The translations under genes and the position numbers were made by a program. 32,000 nucleotides of DNA from contig OY776328.1 of NCBI GenBank assembly GCA_963675515.1, positions 870,001 through 902,000 of the forward strand. The letters run 5' to 3'. Under the pieces are notes generated by a model, which did not search any database, had not been told where the DNA came from, and was given only the letters and a program-made list of their open reading frames with translations. Position 1 is the first letter of the stretch. Each line of letters starts with the position of its first letter. Below are positions 10,756 to 19,228 of this stretch, in pieces. This stretch comes from Coprobacillaceae bacterium (GTDB lineage: Bacteria; Bacillota_I; Bacilli_A; Erysipelotrichales; Coprobacillaceae).

Positions 10756-10845
10756 AATTTTCCTCCACTTCTGTTCTTTAACAGTTCTAAAAAACGCCGT
10801 TCAATGTTCGCTTAAATCATATTTGGGAATAATCAGTCCCAGCCA

Positions 10846-10859
10846 TGTAAGCGCCATCA
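10846..10859 (-). promoter_or_regulatory. cre-like box in the gtfA promoter
   Basis: tgtaagcgccatca (- strand TGATGGCGCTTACA) lies 5 nt downstream of a - strand TATAAT (10870-10865) and about 90 nt upstream of the gtfA ATG. Confidence 0.55.
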
Positions 10860-10920
10860 ACAATATTATAGCCATTGAAAAGCCTTACGCCATAATGTCC
10901 TGTTTGGAATATATATCAAA

Positions 10921-11181
10921 GTGTTAGTTGATTGGCAGATAGATATGGTTGCAGGTATCATCGGCTCAGGGACGCTTAATGGCGCCAAGGGCAACGAAAA
11001 GCGGATATTCGGAATTGAAATGGGTAAATATGATTGGGGGCGTCCGGAGTTGATGAATCGAAGTCTTCATATGGGAATAAATCAGCGGTGCTGCGCATAT
11101 TGCATCAAGGGGATGGGAGAACTGACTCAGGATTCGGTTTTTCAGCCATTCTCAACGATTAGGTTTACGATAGCTGATTAA
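10921..11181 (+). CDS. hypothetical 86-aa ORF in the 690-bp divergent intergenic region (doubtful)
   Basis: The only support is an open frame with a non-ATG start. I see no Shine-Dalgarno sequence and recognise no family. Confidence 0.12.
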   Translation: MLVDWQIDMVAGIIGSGTLNGAKGNEKRIFGIEMGKYDWGRPELMNRSLHMGINQRCCAYCIKGMGELTQDSVFQPFSTIRFTIAD

Positions 11182-11347
11182 ATGTAACTTAAGTCGATAG
11201 TAGGGTGAGAAAATCAAACAATTCATTTGCCCATGCCGTTTTGGCAATCATTGCCGGGGGAACTGCAAAAGGCGCTCAAAAAAACAACATATAACATTCA
11301 GTGATATTTACCTAACAACATAATATGTCAAATTGAGAAAAAAATGG

Positions 11348-11372
11348 TATATTAATACTGTAAGCGCAACCA
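11348..11372 (+). promoter_or_regulatory. extended -10 promoter element plus cre-like box upstream of the second sugar ABC operon
   Basis: TGgTATATT (extended -10, hexamer at 11348-11353) is followed after 5 nt by TGTAAGCGCAACCA (11359-11372), which has a perfect left cre half-site. This lies about 75 nt upstream of the ATG at 11447. Confidence 0.5.
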
Positions 11373-11446
11373 CTATATACGTAAAATATTTGGTATAACC
11401 GAGGCTTTTCGCTTAACCAAATATTGGCTTGATAGGAGGAATTTTA

Positions 11447-12712
11447 ATGAGAAGGATTTTATCCGCTTCTATTTGTCTGACATTGGCAATGGCTGTTTTA
11501 TCAGGCTGTTCAACAAGTAAAGACATAGACGGAAAAACAACGATTGAACTGGTCGCATACAAGATGGAAGCTGTAGATCTGTTCAATGAATTCGCCAAAG
11601 AATTCAATGAACAGAACCCGGACTTGAATCTGGTAGTTGATGCACCTAAAGATGCGGCTACGGTCATAAAAACACGTTTGATCAAGGAAGATGCTCCCGA
11701 TATGATCGGCATCGGCGGCGACAACACCTTTGCGACACTGGTCGATGCAAACGTGCTGGAGGATATTAGTGAATACCAGGGCATTCAAAAAATAAAGGAA
11801 CGTTATTTGGACATAAACAAGGAACTGGAACTGGTGCCCAAGGACGGTGTTTATGGATTGCCATACGTCGCCAATGCATCTGGGATACTTTTCAATGAAC
11901 AACTTTTCGCCAAAAATGGGTGGAACATTCCCGAAACCTGGGATGATCTGATTTCCCTTTGCGGACAAATCCAATCGGCAGGAATCGCACCTTTCACCTT
12001 TGGATACAAGGACACATGGACAACGCTGGCACCATGGAATGCTTTGGCGGTTAGCATGACAAGTCCCGATCTGTTCACCAAGGTCAATCTTGGAGAAGAA
12101 AAATTCTCTGATTATTATGGAGATATTGCCGTGAAACAAAAGGAACTGCTTGAATATGCCGGTAACAATCCGTTTGCTTACGGTTACAATGATGCTTGCA
12201 CCGCATTCGCCCGGGGCGAATCGGCTATGTATCCAATCGGATCATATGCGATACCCCAGATCCTTTCGGTAAACCCGGAAATGGATGTGGGATCGTTCGT
12301 GATGCCGGCGAACAATGACCCGCAGACAAATGTGCTTAATTCCGGAATTGATCTGCAATTCTGTGTAATGAAGGATTCTAAGGTCAAGGAAGAATGCTAC
12401 CGGGTTCTGGAATTCCTGCAACGGGATGAAAATGTTCAAAGATACATCAACAGCCAAATCTCGGTCCCATGCAAACAAGGGGATTTCGAATTGAACAAGG
12501 CATTGAGCAATCTCAAAGATCACATCGATTCGAACATGCTCCAGGATTATCCCGACCATCATTATCCAAGTGAATTGGGAGCGGATGCTCTGATCCAGAC
12601 ATATCTGATAACTGGTGATTTGGAAAGATTTCTGGATACCTTCGACAAAGATTGGATCCGTTTCAATCAGGACAATATCCGCAAACTTAAAGAATACAAT
12701 GAAGGTCAATAA
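11447..12712 (+). CDS. sugar ABC transporter substrate-binding lipoprotein (family 1), substrate unknown
   Basis: The start is chosen at MRRILSASICLTLAMAVLSGCSTS, which gives a signal peptide plus the lipobox LSGC. AGGAGG sits 8 nt upstream. It is followed by two permease genes and an ATPase gene. Confidence 0.9.
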   Translation: MRRILSASICLTLAMAVLSGCSTSKDIDGKTTIELVAYKMEAVDLFNEFAKEFNEQNPDLNLVVDAPKDAATVIKTRLIKEDAPDMIGIGGDNTFATLVDANVLEDISEYQGIQKIKERYLDINKELELVPKDGVYGLPYVANASGILFNEQLFAKNGWNIPETWDDLISLCGQIQSAGIAPFTFGYKDTWTTLAPWNALAVSMTSPDLFTKVNLGEEKFSDYYGDIAVKQKELLEYAGNNPFAYGYNDACTAFARGESAMYPIGSYAIPQILSVNPEMDVGSFVMPANNDPQTNVLNSGIDLQFCVMKDSKVKEECYRVLEFLQRDENVQRYINSQISVPCKQGDFELNKALSNLKDHIDSNMLQDYPDHHYPSELGADALIQTYLITGDLERFLDTFDKDWIRFNQDNIRKLKEYNEGQ

Positions 12713-12724
12713 CAGGAGGTTATT

Positions 12725-13603
12725 ATGAAAGACAAATTAAATAGTAATCGATCCAAAACATTTCTGGCAATCACAGTCCCAATTGTTCTGCTGTTCTTTG
12801 TATTCAATACCATGGCAGTCATCCAGGGATTCGGATACAGCTTGACGAACTTTCGGGGATTTGGCGATTATGACTTTGTCGGTCTGAGAAACTATTTTGA
12901 TCTTTTCAGTGACGGCAGGGTCATCAATTCTTACATTTTCACTTTCGGGTTCGCAATAATCTGCACCGTTCTGGTCAATGTGATTTCCCTTGTTCTGGCA
13001 CTGGGATTGAGTGCTAGAATAAAGGCCAAAGGAGCTCTGAGGGCGATATACTTCCTGCCCAACATCCTGGGCGGCTTGGTTATCGGGTACGTGTTCAATT
13101 TCTTCTTCACCTATATCCTTCCCGGGATTGGAAGTGCGATAAACAGCGGGGCCTTGAGTAGCAGTATGCTTGCGAGTCCCAAAACCGCATGGTTTGCACT
13201 GGTTATAACCGTTGCCTGGCAGGCTGTCGCCTTGAACACCCTGATCTACATTTCCGGATTGCAGACCGTGCCAGAGGATGTGTACGAGGCTGGCGCGATC
13301 GATGGCGCAGTCGGATTCAAAAAGTTCAAGAATATCACATTTCCGCTGATAATGCCGTTTTTCACGATAAATATGGTGTTATGCATGAAAAACTTTCTGA
13401 TGGTCTTCGATCAGGTTGTTTCATTGACAGGCGGCGGTCCGGCAAGATCCACTGAGTCGATATCGTTTCTGATCTACAACGGCGGCTTGTCGGGTGGGGC
13501 ATTCGGGTATCAAAGTGCCAATGCGGTGATTTTCTTTATAGTCATTGTTGTCATTTCGGTATGGCAATTGAAGTTCTTCGGAAGTAAGGAGGAACAGTTA
13601 TGA
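12725..13603 (+). CDS. carbohydrate ABC transporter permease (CUT1)
   Basis: 292 aa and multi-TM, with the EAA loop VYEAGAIDGAVGFKKFKNITFPLI. RBS is AGGAGG. Confidence 0.9.
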   Translation: MKDKLNSNRSKTFLAITVPIVLLFFVFNTMAVIQGFGYSLTNFRGFGDYDFVGLRNYFDLFSDGRVINSYIFTFGFAIICTVLVNVISLVLALGLSARIKAKGALRAIYFLPNILGGLVIGYVFNFFFTYILPGIGSAINSGALSSSMLASPKTAWFALVITVAWQAVALNTLIYISGLQTVPEDVYEAGAIDGAVGFKKFKNITFPLIMPFFTINMVLCMKNFLMVFDQVVSLTGGGPARSTESISFLIYNGGLSGGAFGYQSANAVIFFIVIVVISVWQLKFFGSKEEQL

Positions 13604-14466
13604 TCCCGAATAAGTCCAAAAAGCTCAAGACGGCCAATCAGACCAATCTGGTTATAACCGCCTGGTTGTTGTCGACCGTGTTGGGCAGTCTTACCGTGTT
13701 TTTCCCCTTGTACTTGACGATAATGATCGCGTTCAAGGACCCGACGCAGATGACAAACAGCATCACGGGGATCCTGTCACTGCCGGAATCATGGAGTCTA
13801 GCGAATTTCACTGAAGCAATGAAAATCACCGATTTCTGGCATACCCTGGCCAACAGCATGCTCATAACAGGGGCTACGATGGTCGTTGCGGTTGTTTTCC
13901 ATTCGATGATAGGCTATGCAATCGGGCGCAGCATGCAAAGACGCGGTTACCGGCTACTTTACTTCTATATCATTTCCGGGATGTTCGTTCCCTTTGCCAT
14001 CATCATGATGCCGATAGTCAAACAGACGGCGATGATGGGGATTGACAACAGGTTTGGGGTGGTCTTGCTCTACAGCGTTTTCTATCTGCCAATGAATCTG
14101 ATGTTGTACACTGGTTATTTAAAAAACATTCCTGTTTCTCTTGAGGAGGCGGCATCGATTGACGGGGCTTCAACTTTCAAAACATTCTGGAAAGTAATAT
14201 TTCCACTGATGAAACCGATGCATGCGACGGTAGCCGTTCTTACCGCATTGGCGACATGGAATGATGTTATGCTTCCGTTGGTACTGCTGTCGGGTACCGG
14301 GCAGAACACATTGCCAATCGCGCAATTGAATTTTCAAAGTCAGTTTGGAACAAACTATAACTTGGCGTTTGCTTCCTACTTGCTGGCTCTTATTCCAATA
14401 TTAATAGTCTATATTATCGGCCAAAAACAAATTATAAAAGGCGTTGTCAATGGGGCAATAAAATAA
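13600..14466 (+). CDS. carbohydrate ABC transporter permease (CUT1)
   Basis: 288 aa, with the EAA loop LEEAASIDGASTFKTFWKVIFPLM. An ATGA start/stop overlap with the upstream permease indicates translational coupling. Confidence 0.9.
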   Translation: MIPNKSKKLKTANQTNLVITAWLLSTVLGSLTVFFPLYLTIMIAFKDPTQMTNSITGILSLPESWSLANFTEAMKITDFWHTLANSMLITGATMVVAVVFHSMIGYAIGRSMQRRGYRLLYFYIISGMFVPFAIIMMPIVKQTAMMGIDNRFGVVLLYSVFYLPMNLMLYTGYLKNIPVSLEEAASIDGASTFKTFWKVIFPLMKPMHATVAVLTALATWNDVMLPLVLLSGTGQNTLPIAQLNFQSQFGTNYNLAFASYLLALIPILIVYIIGQKQIIKGVVNGAIK

Positions 14467-14479
14467 AAGGAGAACAAAA

Positions 14480-15592
14480 ATGGCAAAAATATCAATCAGA
14501 AATTTAAACAAGACTTATCCGGACGGGGTTGAGGTGATCAAAGACCTGAATCTGGAAATCAAGGACAAGGAATTCATCGTCCTGGTAGGACCTTCAGGAT
14601 GTGGGAAGTCAACAACATTAAGAATGATAGCTGGTCTTGAAGATATCAGTGGCGGAGAAATGATAATTGGTGACCGAGTTGTCAACGATGTCCAGCCAAA
14701 AGACAGGGATATCGCGATGGTATTCCAGAACTACGCCTTATATCCGCATATGACTGTTTACAAGAACATGGCTTTCGGGTTGGAACTGCAAAAAGTTCCC
14801 AAAGACGAGATTGACCGAAAAATTAAGGAAGCGGCAAAGGTCCTGGATCTGGATAAATATCTGAACCGTAAGCCCAAAGCTTTATCTGGTGGCCAACGCC
14901 AAAGGGTGGCATTGGGACGGGCAATGGTCAGAAATCCGGCAGTGTTCCTGTTGGATGAGCCTTTGTCAAATTTGGACGCCAAATTAAGAACCCAGATGCG
15001 TACTGAAATATCAAAATTGCACCGCAGGCTGCAAACGACTTTTGTGTATGTAACTCATGACCAGACAGAGGCGATGACTATGGGAGATCGAATTGTAGTA
15101 TTGAAAGATGGGAAGATTCAACAGGTAGACACACCTGAAAATCTTTATAACAAACCGGTGAATATGTTTGTTGCCGGATTCATAGGATCACCGCAGATGA
15201 ATTTCATCAATTCAAAGATTACCGCTCGTGATTCGAAGTACTATGTTGAAGTTGCCGGTAAGGAAATTGAAATTCCGGCTGGCAAAAACAAGAACAATGT
15301 ACTGGTAAACTATGTAAACCAAGAAGTGGTTGTCGGTATCCGTCCGGAAGATTTCCATCTTGATCAGGCGTTCATAGAAATGGTGCCAACTGCCTTGATT
15401 GATGTCAAAGTGGACTTGACCGAAATGATGGGCGCAGAGGTATATTGTTATGGAAAGCTTGAAGATGATGCAATTATTGTCAGAGCTCCATCAAGATTCA
15501 AACCAAAAGAACAAGAACAAGTGGTGGTTGCTATTGACGTAAACAAGATCCACCTGTTTGACAAAGAAACGACAGAATCAATCATCTTATAA
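14480..15592 (+). CDS. msmK: sugar ABC transporter ATP-binding protein (MsmK/MalK/UgpC type)
   Basis: 370 aa. It has Walker A GPSGCGKST, signature LSGGQRQR, Walker B VFLLDEPLSNLD, and a C-terminal MalK-like regulatory domain. RBS is AAGGAG. Confidence 0.93.
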   Translation: MAKISIRNLNKTYPDGVEVIKDLNLEIKDKEFIVLVGPSGCGKSTTLRMIAGLEDISGGEMIIGDRVVNDVQPKDRDIAMVFQNYALYPHMTVYKNMAFGLELQKVPKDEIDRKIKEAAKVLDLDKYLNRKPKALSGGQRQRVALGRAMVRNPAVFLLDEPLSNLDAKLRTQMRTEISKLHRRLQTTFVYVTHDQTEAMTMGDRIVVLKDGKIQQVDTPENLYNKPVNMFVAGFIGSPQMNFINSKITARDSKYYVEVAGKEIEIPAGKNKNNVLVNYVNQEVVVGIRPEDFHLDQAFIEMVPTALIDVKVDLTEMMGAEVYCYGKLEDDAIIVRAPSRFKPKEQEQVVVAIDVNKIHLFDKETTESIIL

Positions 15593-15609
15593 CAAGCCAT
15601 CAGGCAGCT

Positions 15610-15656
15610 AAAAGCACAATGTCGGGAATCATCAATTCCCGGATGTTGTGCTTTTT
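15610..15656 (+). terminator. Rho-independent terminator of the second ABC operon
   Basis: AAAAGCACAAtgtCGGGAATcatcaATTCCCGgatgTTGTGCTTTTT is a compound stem followed by a T-run, 18 nt after the msmK stop. Confidence 0.8.
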
Positions 15657-15731
15657 AGCATCCGGATCGGATATCAGTAATCTGGAATATTCTCACTCAA
15701 TTGTCCCGATGCTATCGTTTATATCTGAAAA

Positions 15732-16025
15732 TCAAATTTGGGGCGTTCTCGACCCGGTAATCTTTGATGGGATTTTCTTAGACATTTCCATTAATTCAAG
15801 CTCGGCTATTAAAATATAAGCCTGATGGAGTCCCACAATAAAGATAGTGATGAGGTAAAGAACAGTCATATATGGGGCGATGAAAAATGGAGTTGATAAA
15901 CCGGTCACTCTCACAAAGCTATCAGCCATATGCGTTTTGAAAGCTGGCAGATCATCATTTTTTGATTGGATAAATGGAGCCTTCGAATTCAATGTGATCT
16001 CGCTATTATACTGGCTGGAATGCAT
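15732..16025 (-). CDS. hypothetical 97-aa ORF with one hydrophobic segment (doubtful)
   Basis: An open frame lies between two convergent terminators. I see no convincing RBS at Met1, Met33 or Met53 and recognise no family. Confidence 0.15.
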   Translation of the reverse strand: MHSSQYNSEITLNSKAPFIQSKNDDLPAFKTHMADSFVRVTGLSTPFFIAPYMTVLYLITIFIVGLHQAYILIAELELMEMSKKIPSKITGSRTPQI

Positions 16026-16095
16026 GAACTTTTTATTTTGACTGAGGTAAGGCTTGGAAACGATGAGGTGCGAAGCCGATTAATTGGACCTAAGG

Positions 16096-16131
16096 TTAAA
16101 ATAAAAGCCCACCGGAAGATACCGGGGGCTT
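16096..16131 (-). terminator. Rho-independent terminator after galK
   Basis: The - strand reads AAGCCCCCGGtatcttCCGGtGGGCTT followed by TTTATTTT. The stem is 10 bp with one bulge, about 70 nt after the galK stop. Confidence 0.8.
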
Positions 16132-16199
16132 GGAAACCGTATTGGATGTATGATTTATCATCGAGCAGATCATCGGACAAAAAAGAATATGGCCTTTTA

Positions 16200-17474
16200 C
16201 TACATGACCTTGATACCGCCGAAATGGCGGATTTTTAAAACGTGGCACATACCGGTACCGAAAATCTTTTCGATTTCCCTTTTATAGACATCGACGAAAT
16301 TATCTTCAACGAAACATTGGATCGTTCCGGCAAACCCGCCGCCATGGACGCGGCAAATTCCATGGTCGCCCAGTATCGATTCGGACAACCCCAGAGCTAC
16401 TGAAACCGCCTGATTTTCCAGGTTGCTGTTCGAATAGACGTTTTGCAAGTACTTGAACGAACTGTCACCTGATTTGGCGATAATCTCCTTGAATAGGTCG
16501 AATTCATCATTGTCGAGCGCTGTAACAGCCTGGGCAACTCTTGTGTTTTCATTGAAGAAATGCAGGACTCTTAACACGGCGCGATCACCTGTTTTTTGAC
16601 GGATGGCCGGGATATTGTCATAGAAATCCTCAAAGTCGATTTCGCTCAGGAAATCTTTGTCAAAAAAGCGGGCGACACTTGCCATTTCTTTTGGGATGGC
16701 GGCATATTCATCGGTCAGATCGGCATGCGATGCGTTAACATCGAGAATGCAAAGGCTGTGTCTGAATTTTGAAAAATCGGTGTCAACCATGCTGACTTTA
16801 GGGCCTTCCGGGTCTTTGAAATCGATATGAATCAGACCACCGATTGAGCAGGCACACTGATCCATCAACCCGCAGGGCTTGCCAAAATAATTCCGCTCGC
16901 TGTATTGCCCGATTTGGGCAAGAACAACCGGGTCGATTTTCATATCATTGTAAAGCCCTGACAGGATCGTTCCGACCATGACCTCGAATGCAGCTGAAGA
17001 CGACAGCCCCGATCCCTGAGGAACGTCGCTGGTCAAAAAGGCATTGAAACCGCCGATTGTATAGCCAAGTTGCTTGAACCTGGCCAGTGTGCCCCTGATA
17101 AGGGCTTCTGAAGTTTCGAACTCGTCATTCCTGATTTCCAAATCGTCGATTGCAATCGGTTGGATGTTGTAGGCATCCTTGATTCTCACTTCATTGTCAT
17201 TTTTGGAGACAACGGCGATTATGTCAAGGTTGACCGCAGTGGCCAAAACCTGACCGTTTTGATGATCGGTGTGATTGCCGCAAACTTCGCTTCTTCCCGG
17301 CGTGCTGTATATCTCGACATCCTGGTCGCCGTAAAGGCCGATGAATGTCGAAAGCGCCTCGATATACCGGTTTTTCATATTCTTATACATGGTGACATCG
17401 ACATAGATGTCTTCAATCCGTTTTCTGTGGTTGTCGTTTTCTAACTCTCCAATCAAGAGACTGGCTTTTTTCAT
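16200..17474 (-). CDS. galK: galactokinase (GHMP kinase family)
   Basis: 424 aa. It carries a galactokinase-signature-like motif GRSEVCGNHTDHQNG and the GHMP ATP-binding motif PQGSGLSSSAAFEV. RBS is GGAGG. It sits next to galT. Confidence 0.88.
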   Translation of the reverse strand: MKKASLLIGELENDNHRKRIEDIYVDVTMYKNMKNRYIEALSTFIGLYGDQDVEIYSTPGRSEVCGNHTDHQNGQVLATAVNLDIIAVVSKNDNEVRIKDAYNIQPIAIDDLEIRNDEFETSEALIRGTLARFKQLGYTIGGFNAFLTSDVPQGSGLSSSAAFEVMVGTILSGLYNDMKIDPVVLAQIGQYSERNYFGKPCGLMDQCACSIGGLIHIDFKDPEGPKVSMVDTDFSKFRHSLCILDVNASHADLTDEYAAIPKEMASVARFFDKDFLSEIDFEDFYDNIPAIRQKTGDRAVLRVLHFFNENTRVAQAVTALDNDEFDLFKEIIAKSGDSSFKYLQNVYSNSNLENQAVSVALGLSESILGDHGICRVHGGGFAGTIQCFVEDNFVDVYKREIEKIFGTGMCHVLKIRHFGGIKVM

Positions 17475-17644
17475 TGTTTTTTCCTCCGTGATTTTTAATT
17501 TTCTTGTTATTTGTTATTGCTCATGCTGGTGAATATCTGTCTCCACCAGCCCTGTGCAGTTTTCACTGCCGGTACCTCCGATTTCCAATATGTTGCTCAT
17601 TTCAAGTTATGGAAACCGCTGAATTTTATTAGGGAATTGAAATG

Positions 17645-19135
17645 CTACGAGTCAAGATCGGCAACAAATTCGCAAAAAGCCGCGATTCCTTTCTGGTCAA
17701 GCTTGAACACTCCCGCATCTTCTAGCACGTTGACAAATTTGACGGTAAGCGCTTCTTCAAGCACGGCGTCAATTTTGTCCGGATCTATCTCATAATCATT
17801 ACTGATCTGGTTGTACCATTCTTTGTGTTTGGCAAGCACTGCATAATCATCAATAGCTTTTGAGCCGCTCAAACAATCTTTTAATAGCCCAAGTTCCTCC
17901 ACCAGCCGAGCTGGCAAAACAGCCAGTCCCATCACTTCAATCAAGCCGATATTTTCTTTCTTGATTGCATGGTGTTCCTGATGGGGATGAAAGATCCCGT
18001 CCGGATACCGATCACTGGTCCGGTTGTTCCTCAATACCAGATCAAGCTGATATTTGCCATCCTTGATTCGGGCTATTGGCGTGATAGTGTTGTGATCGGT
18101 ATTTTGGCTAAACGGGATTATATCCAGATCCTCGTTGCGGTATTCTTTCCATTTCGAAAGCGTATTGGCCGCGAAACTTGTCAGCTCATCCCTGTTAAAC
18201 GATGTGATTCTGATTGTCGAAAGGGGCCAGTTGAGGATTTCAATATCTAATTCAGGATAAGCCTCAGATTTAAATGTCTTGATGATCTTGGCATCCTCTA
18301 TCGGAAAGTGGTAGCGGCCGCCTTGAAAGTGGTCATGGCTCAATATTGATCCCCCAACTATAGGTAAATCGGCATTGGATCCGATCATGTAATGAGGAAA
18401 AATATCGAGAAAATCAAGCAAGCATTCAAAAGTTCCCTTGTTTATTTTCATTGGTGAATGGTCCTTGTTTAAAATGATACAGTGCTCGTCATAATATACA
18501 TATGGTGAATATTGCAGAAAGTATTCATGCTCATTCAGTTTCAAAGGAATTATCCGGTGAGTCTGCCGGGCCGGATGGTTCAGATTGCCGGCAAACCCGA
18601 CGTTCTCTTTGCAAAGCAGGCATAGGGGATAGCCGGAAGACTTCAGGGATTTTGCCGCGGCGATTTCCTTGGGGTCTTTTTCAGGTTTGGATAGATTGAT
18701 GGTTATTTCGAATTCGCCATACCGGTAATCGTGTTTGAACCGGATATTGCGGTCGGTCCGGTTTTTGCGGATATAATTTGAAGCGATTGAAAGCTGGTAG
18801 AAATAGTCTGTAGCCTCTTTGGGGGCGATTTGGTATTTCTGGTTGAAGTTATTGATTACTTCCTGGGGCCGGGGCATCAGACAATTCATGATCCTTGTGT
18901 CAAACAAATCCCGCTGGGTCCCATTGTCTTCAAGCAGTCCATTGGCTACCGCATAATCAAGCATCTCGTCGATTATTGCATAATTGTCAGCAATCGATGG
19001 AGCCGTCTCCTGATAATTGAAGCTGTCCAATTTGAACAAGTCGAGCAGCAGGTTTGCGGAGTATTCAACATCGTAAGGTCCGATTAGTTGCTGGTCAAGT
19101 CCGTATTTGATTAGTTTACTAATAAGAATATCCAT
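17645..19135 (-). CDS. galT: UDP-glucose--hexose-1-phosphate uridylyltransferase (long Gram-positive type GalT)
   Basis: 496 aa, the length typical of the type-2 GalT of Bacillota. The histidine motif LSHDHFQGG is present. RBS is GAGGAG. It is divergent from galE and upstream of galK. Confidence 0.9.
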   Translation of the reverse strand: MDILISKLIKYGLDQQLIGPYDVEYSANLLLDLFKLDSFNYQETAPSIADNYAIIDEMLDYAVANGLLEDNGTQRDLFDTRIMNCLMPRPQEVINNFNQKYQIAPKEATDYFYQLSIASNYIRKNRTDRNIRFKHDYRYGEFEITINLSKPEKDPKEIAAAKSLKSSGYPLCLLCKENVGFAGNLNHPARQTHRIIPLKLNEHEYFLQYSPYVYYDEHCIILNKDHSPMKINKGTFECLLDFLDIFPHYMIGSNADLPIVGGSILSHDHFQGGRYHFPIEDAKIIKTFKSEAYPELDIEILNWPLSTIRITSFNRDELTSFAANTLSKWKEYRNEDLDIIPFSQNTDHNTITPIARIKDGKYQLDLVLRNNRTSDRYPDGIFHPHQEHHAIKKENIGLIEVMGLAVLPARLVEELGLLKDCLSGSKAIDDYAVLAKHKEWYNQISNDYEIDPDKIDAVLEEALTVKFVNVLEDAGVFKLDQKGIAAFCEFVADLDS

Positions 19136-19161
19136 TTATATATCTCCTCTTCTATAATTTC

Positions 19162-19189
19162 ATTTTAGCACCAATAACATACTTGTCAA
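19162..19189 (-). promoter_or_regulatory. sigma-A promoter of galT-galK
   Basis: The - strand reads TTGACA (19189-19184), a 16-nt spacer, then TGcTAAAAT (extended -10, hexamer 19167-19162). This lies about 27 nt upstream of the galT ATG. Confidence 0.65.
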
Positions 19190-19190
19190 T

Positions 19191-19207
19191 TAGTTTTACT
19201 AAAACTA
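19191..19207. promoter_or_regulatory. operator O1, a 17-bp perfect palindrome (putative GalR site)
   Basis: TAGTTTTAcTAAAACTA, centred at 19199, directly abuts the -35 box of the galT promoter. Confidence 0.6.
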
Positions 19208-19213
19208 TATAAT

Positions 19214-19228
19214 TATTTTACTAAAATA
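19214..19228. promoter_or_regulatory. operator O2, a 15-bp perfect palindrome (putative GalR site)
   Basis: TATTTTAcTAAAATA, centred at 19221 (22 bp from O1), directly abuts the -35 box of the galE promoter. Confidence 0.6.

Noticed and set aside
11510-12139. 209-aa ORF on the - strand, plus 11413-11784, 11851-12087, 12184-12387 and 12242-12709
   Set aside because: All lie antisense inside the substrate-binding protein gene. They show no family resemblance and no RBS.
15887-15894. Half-site ATGGAGTT of the MerR-type operator inside the unexplained 15.7-16.1 kb segment
   Set aside because: Only 8 nt match, with no dyad partner and no promoter boxes. This is expected by chance in 32 kb.
17475-17644. 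170-nt galT-galK spacer examined for a terminator or promoter
   Set aside because: It holds only short stems (GCAGT-GAAA-ACTGC and CTGGTG...CACCAG) without U-runs and no good -35/-10 pair. The simplest reading is co-transcription of galT and galK.
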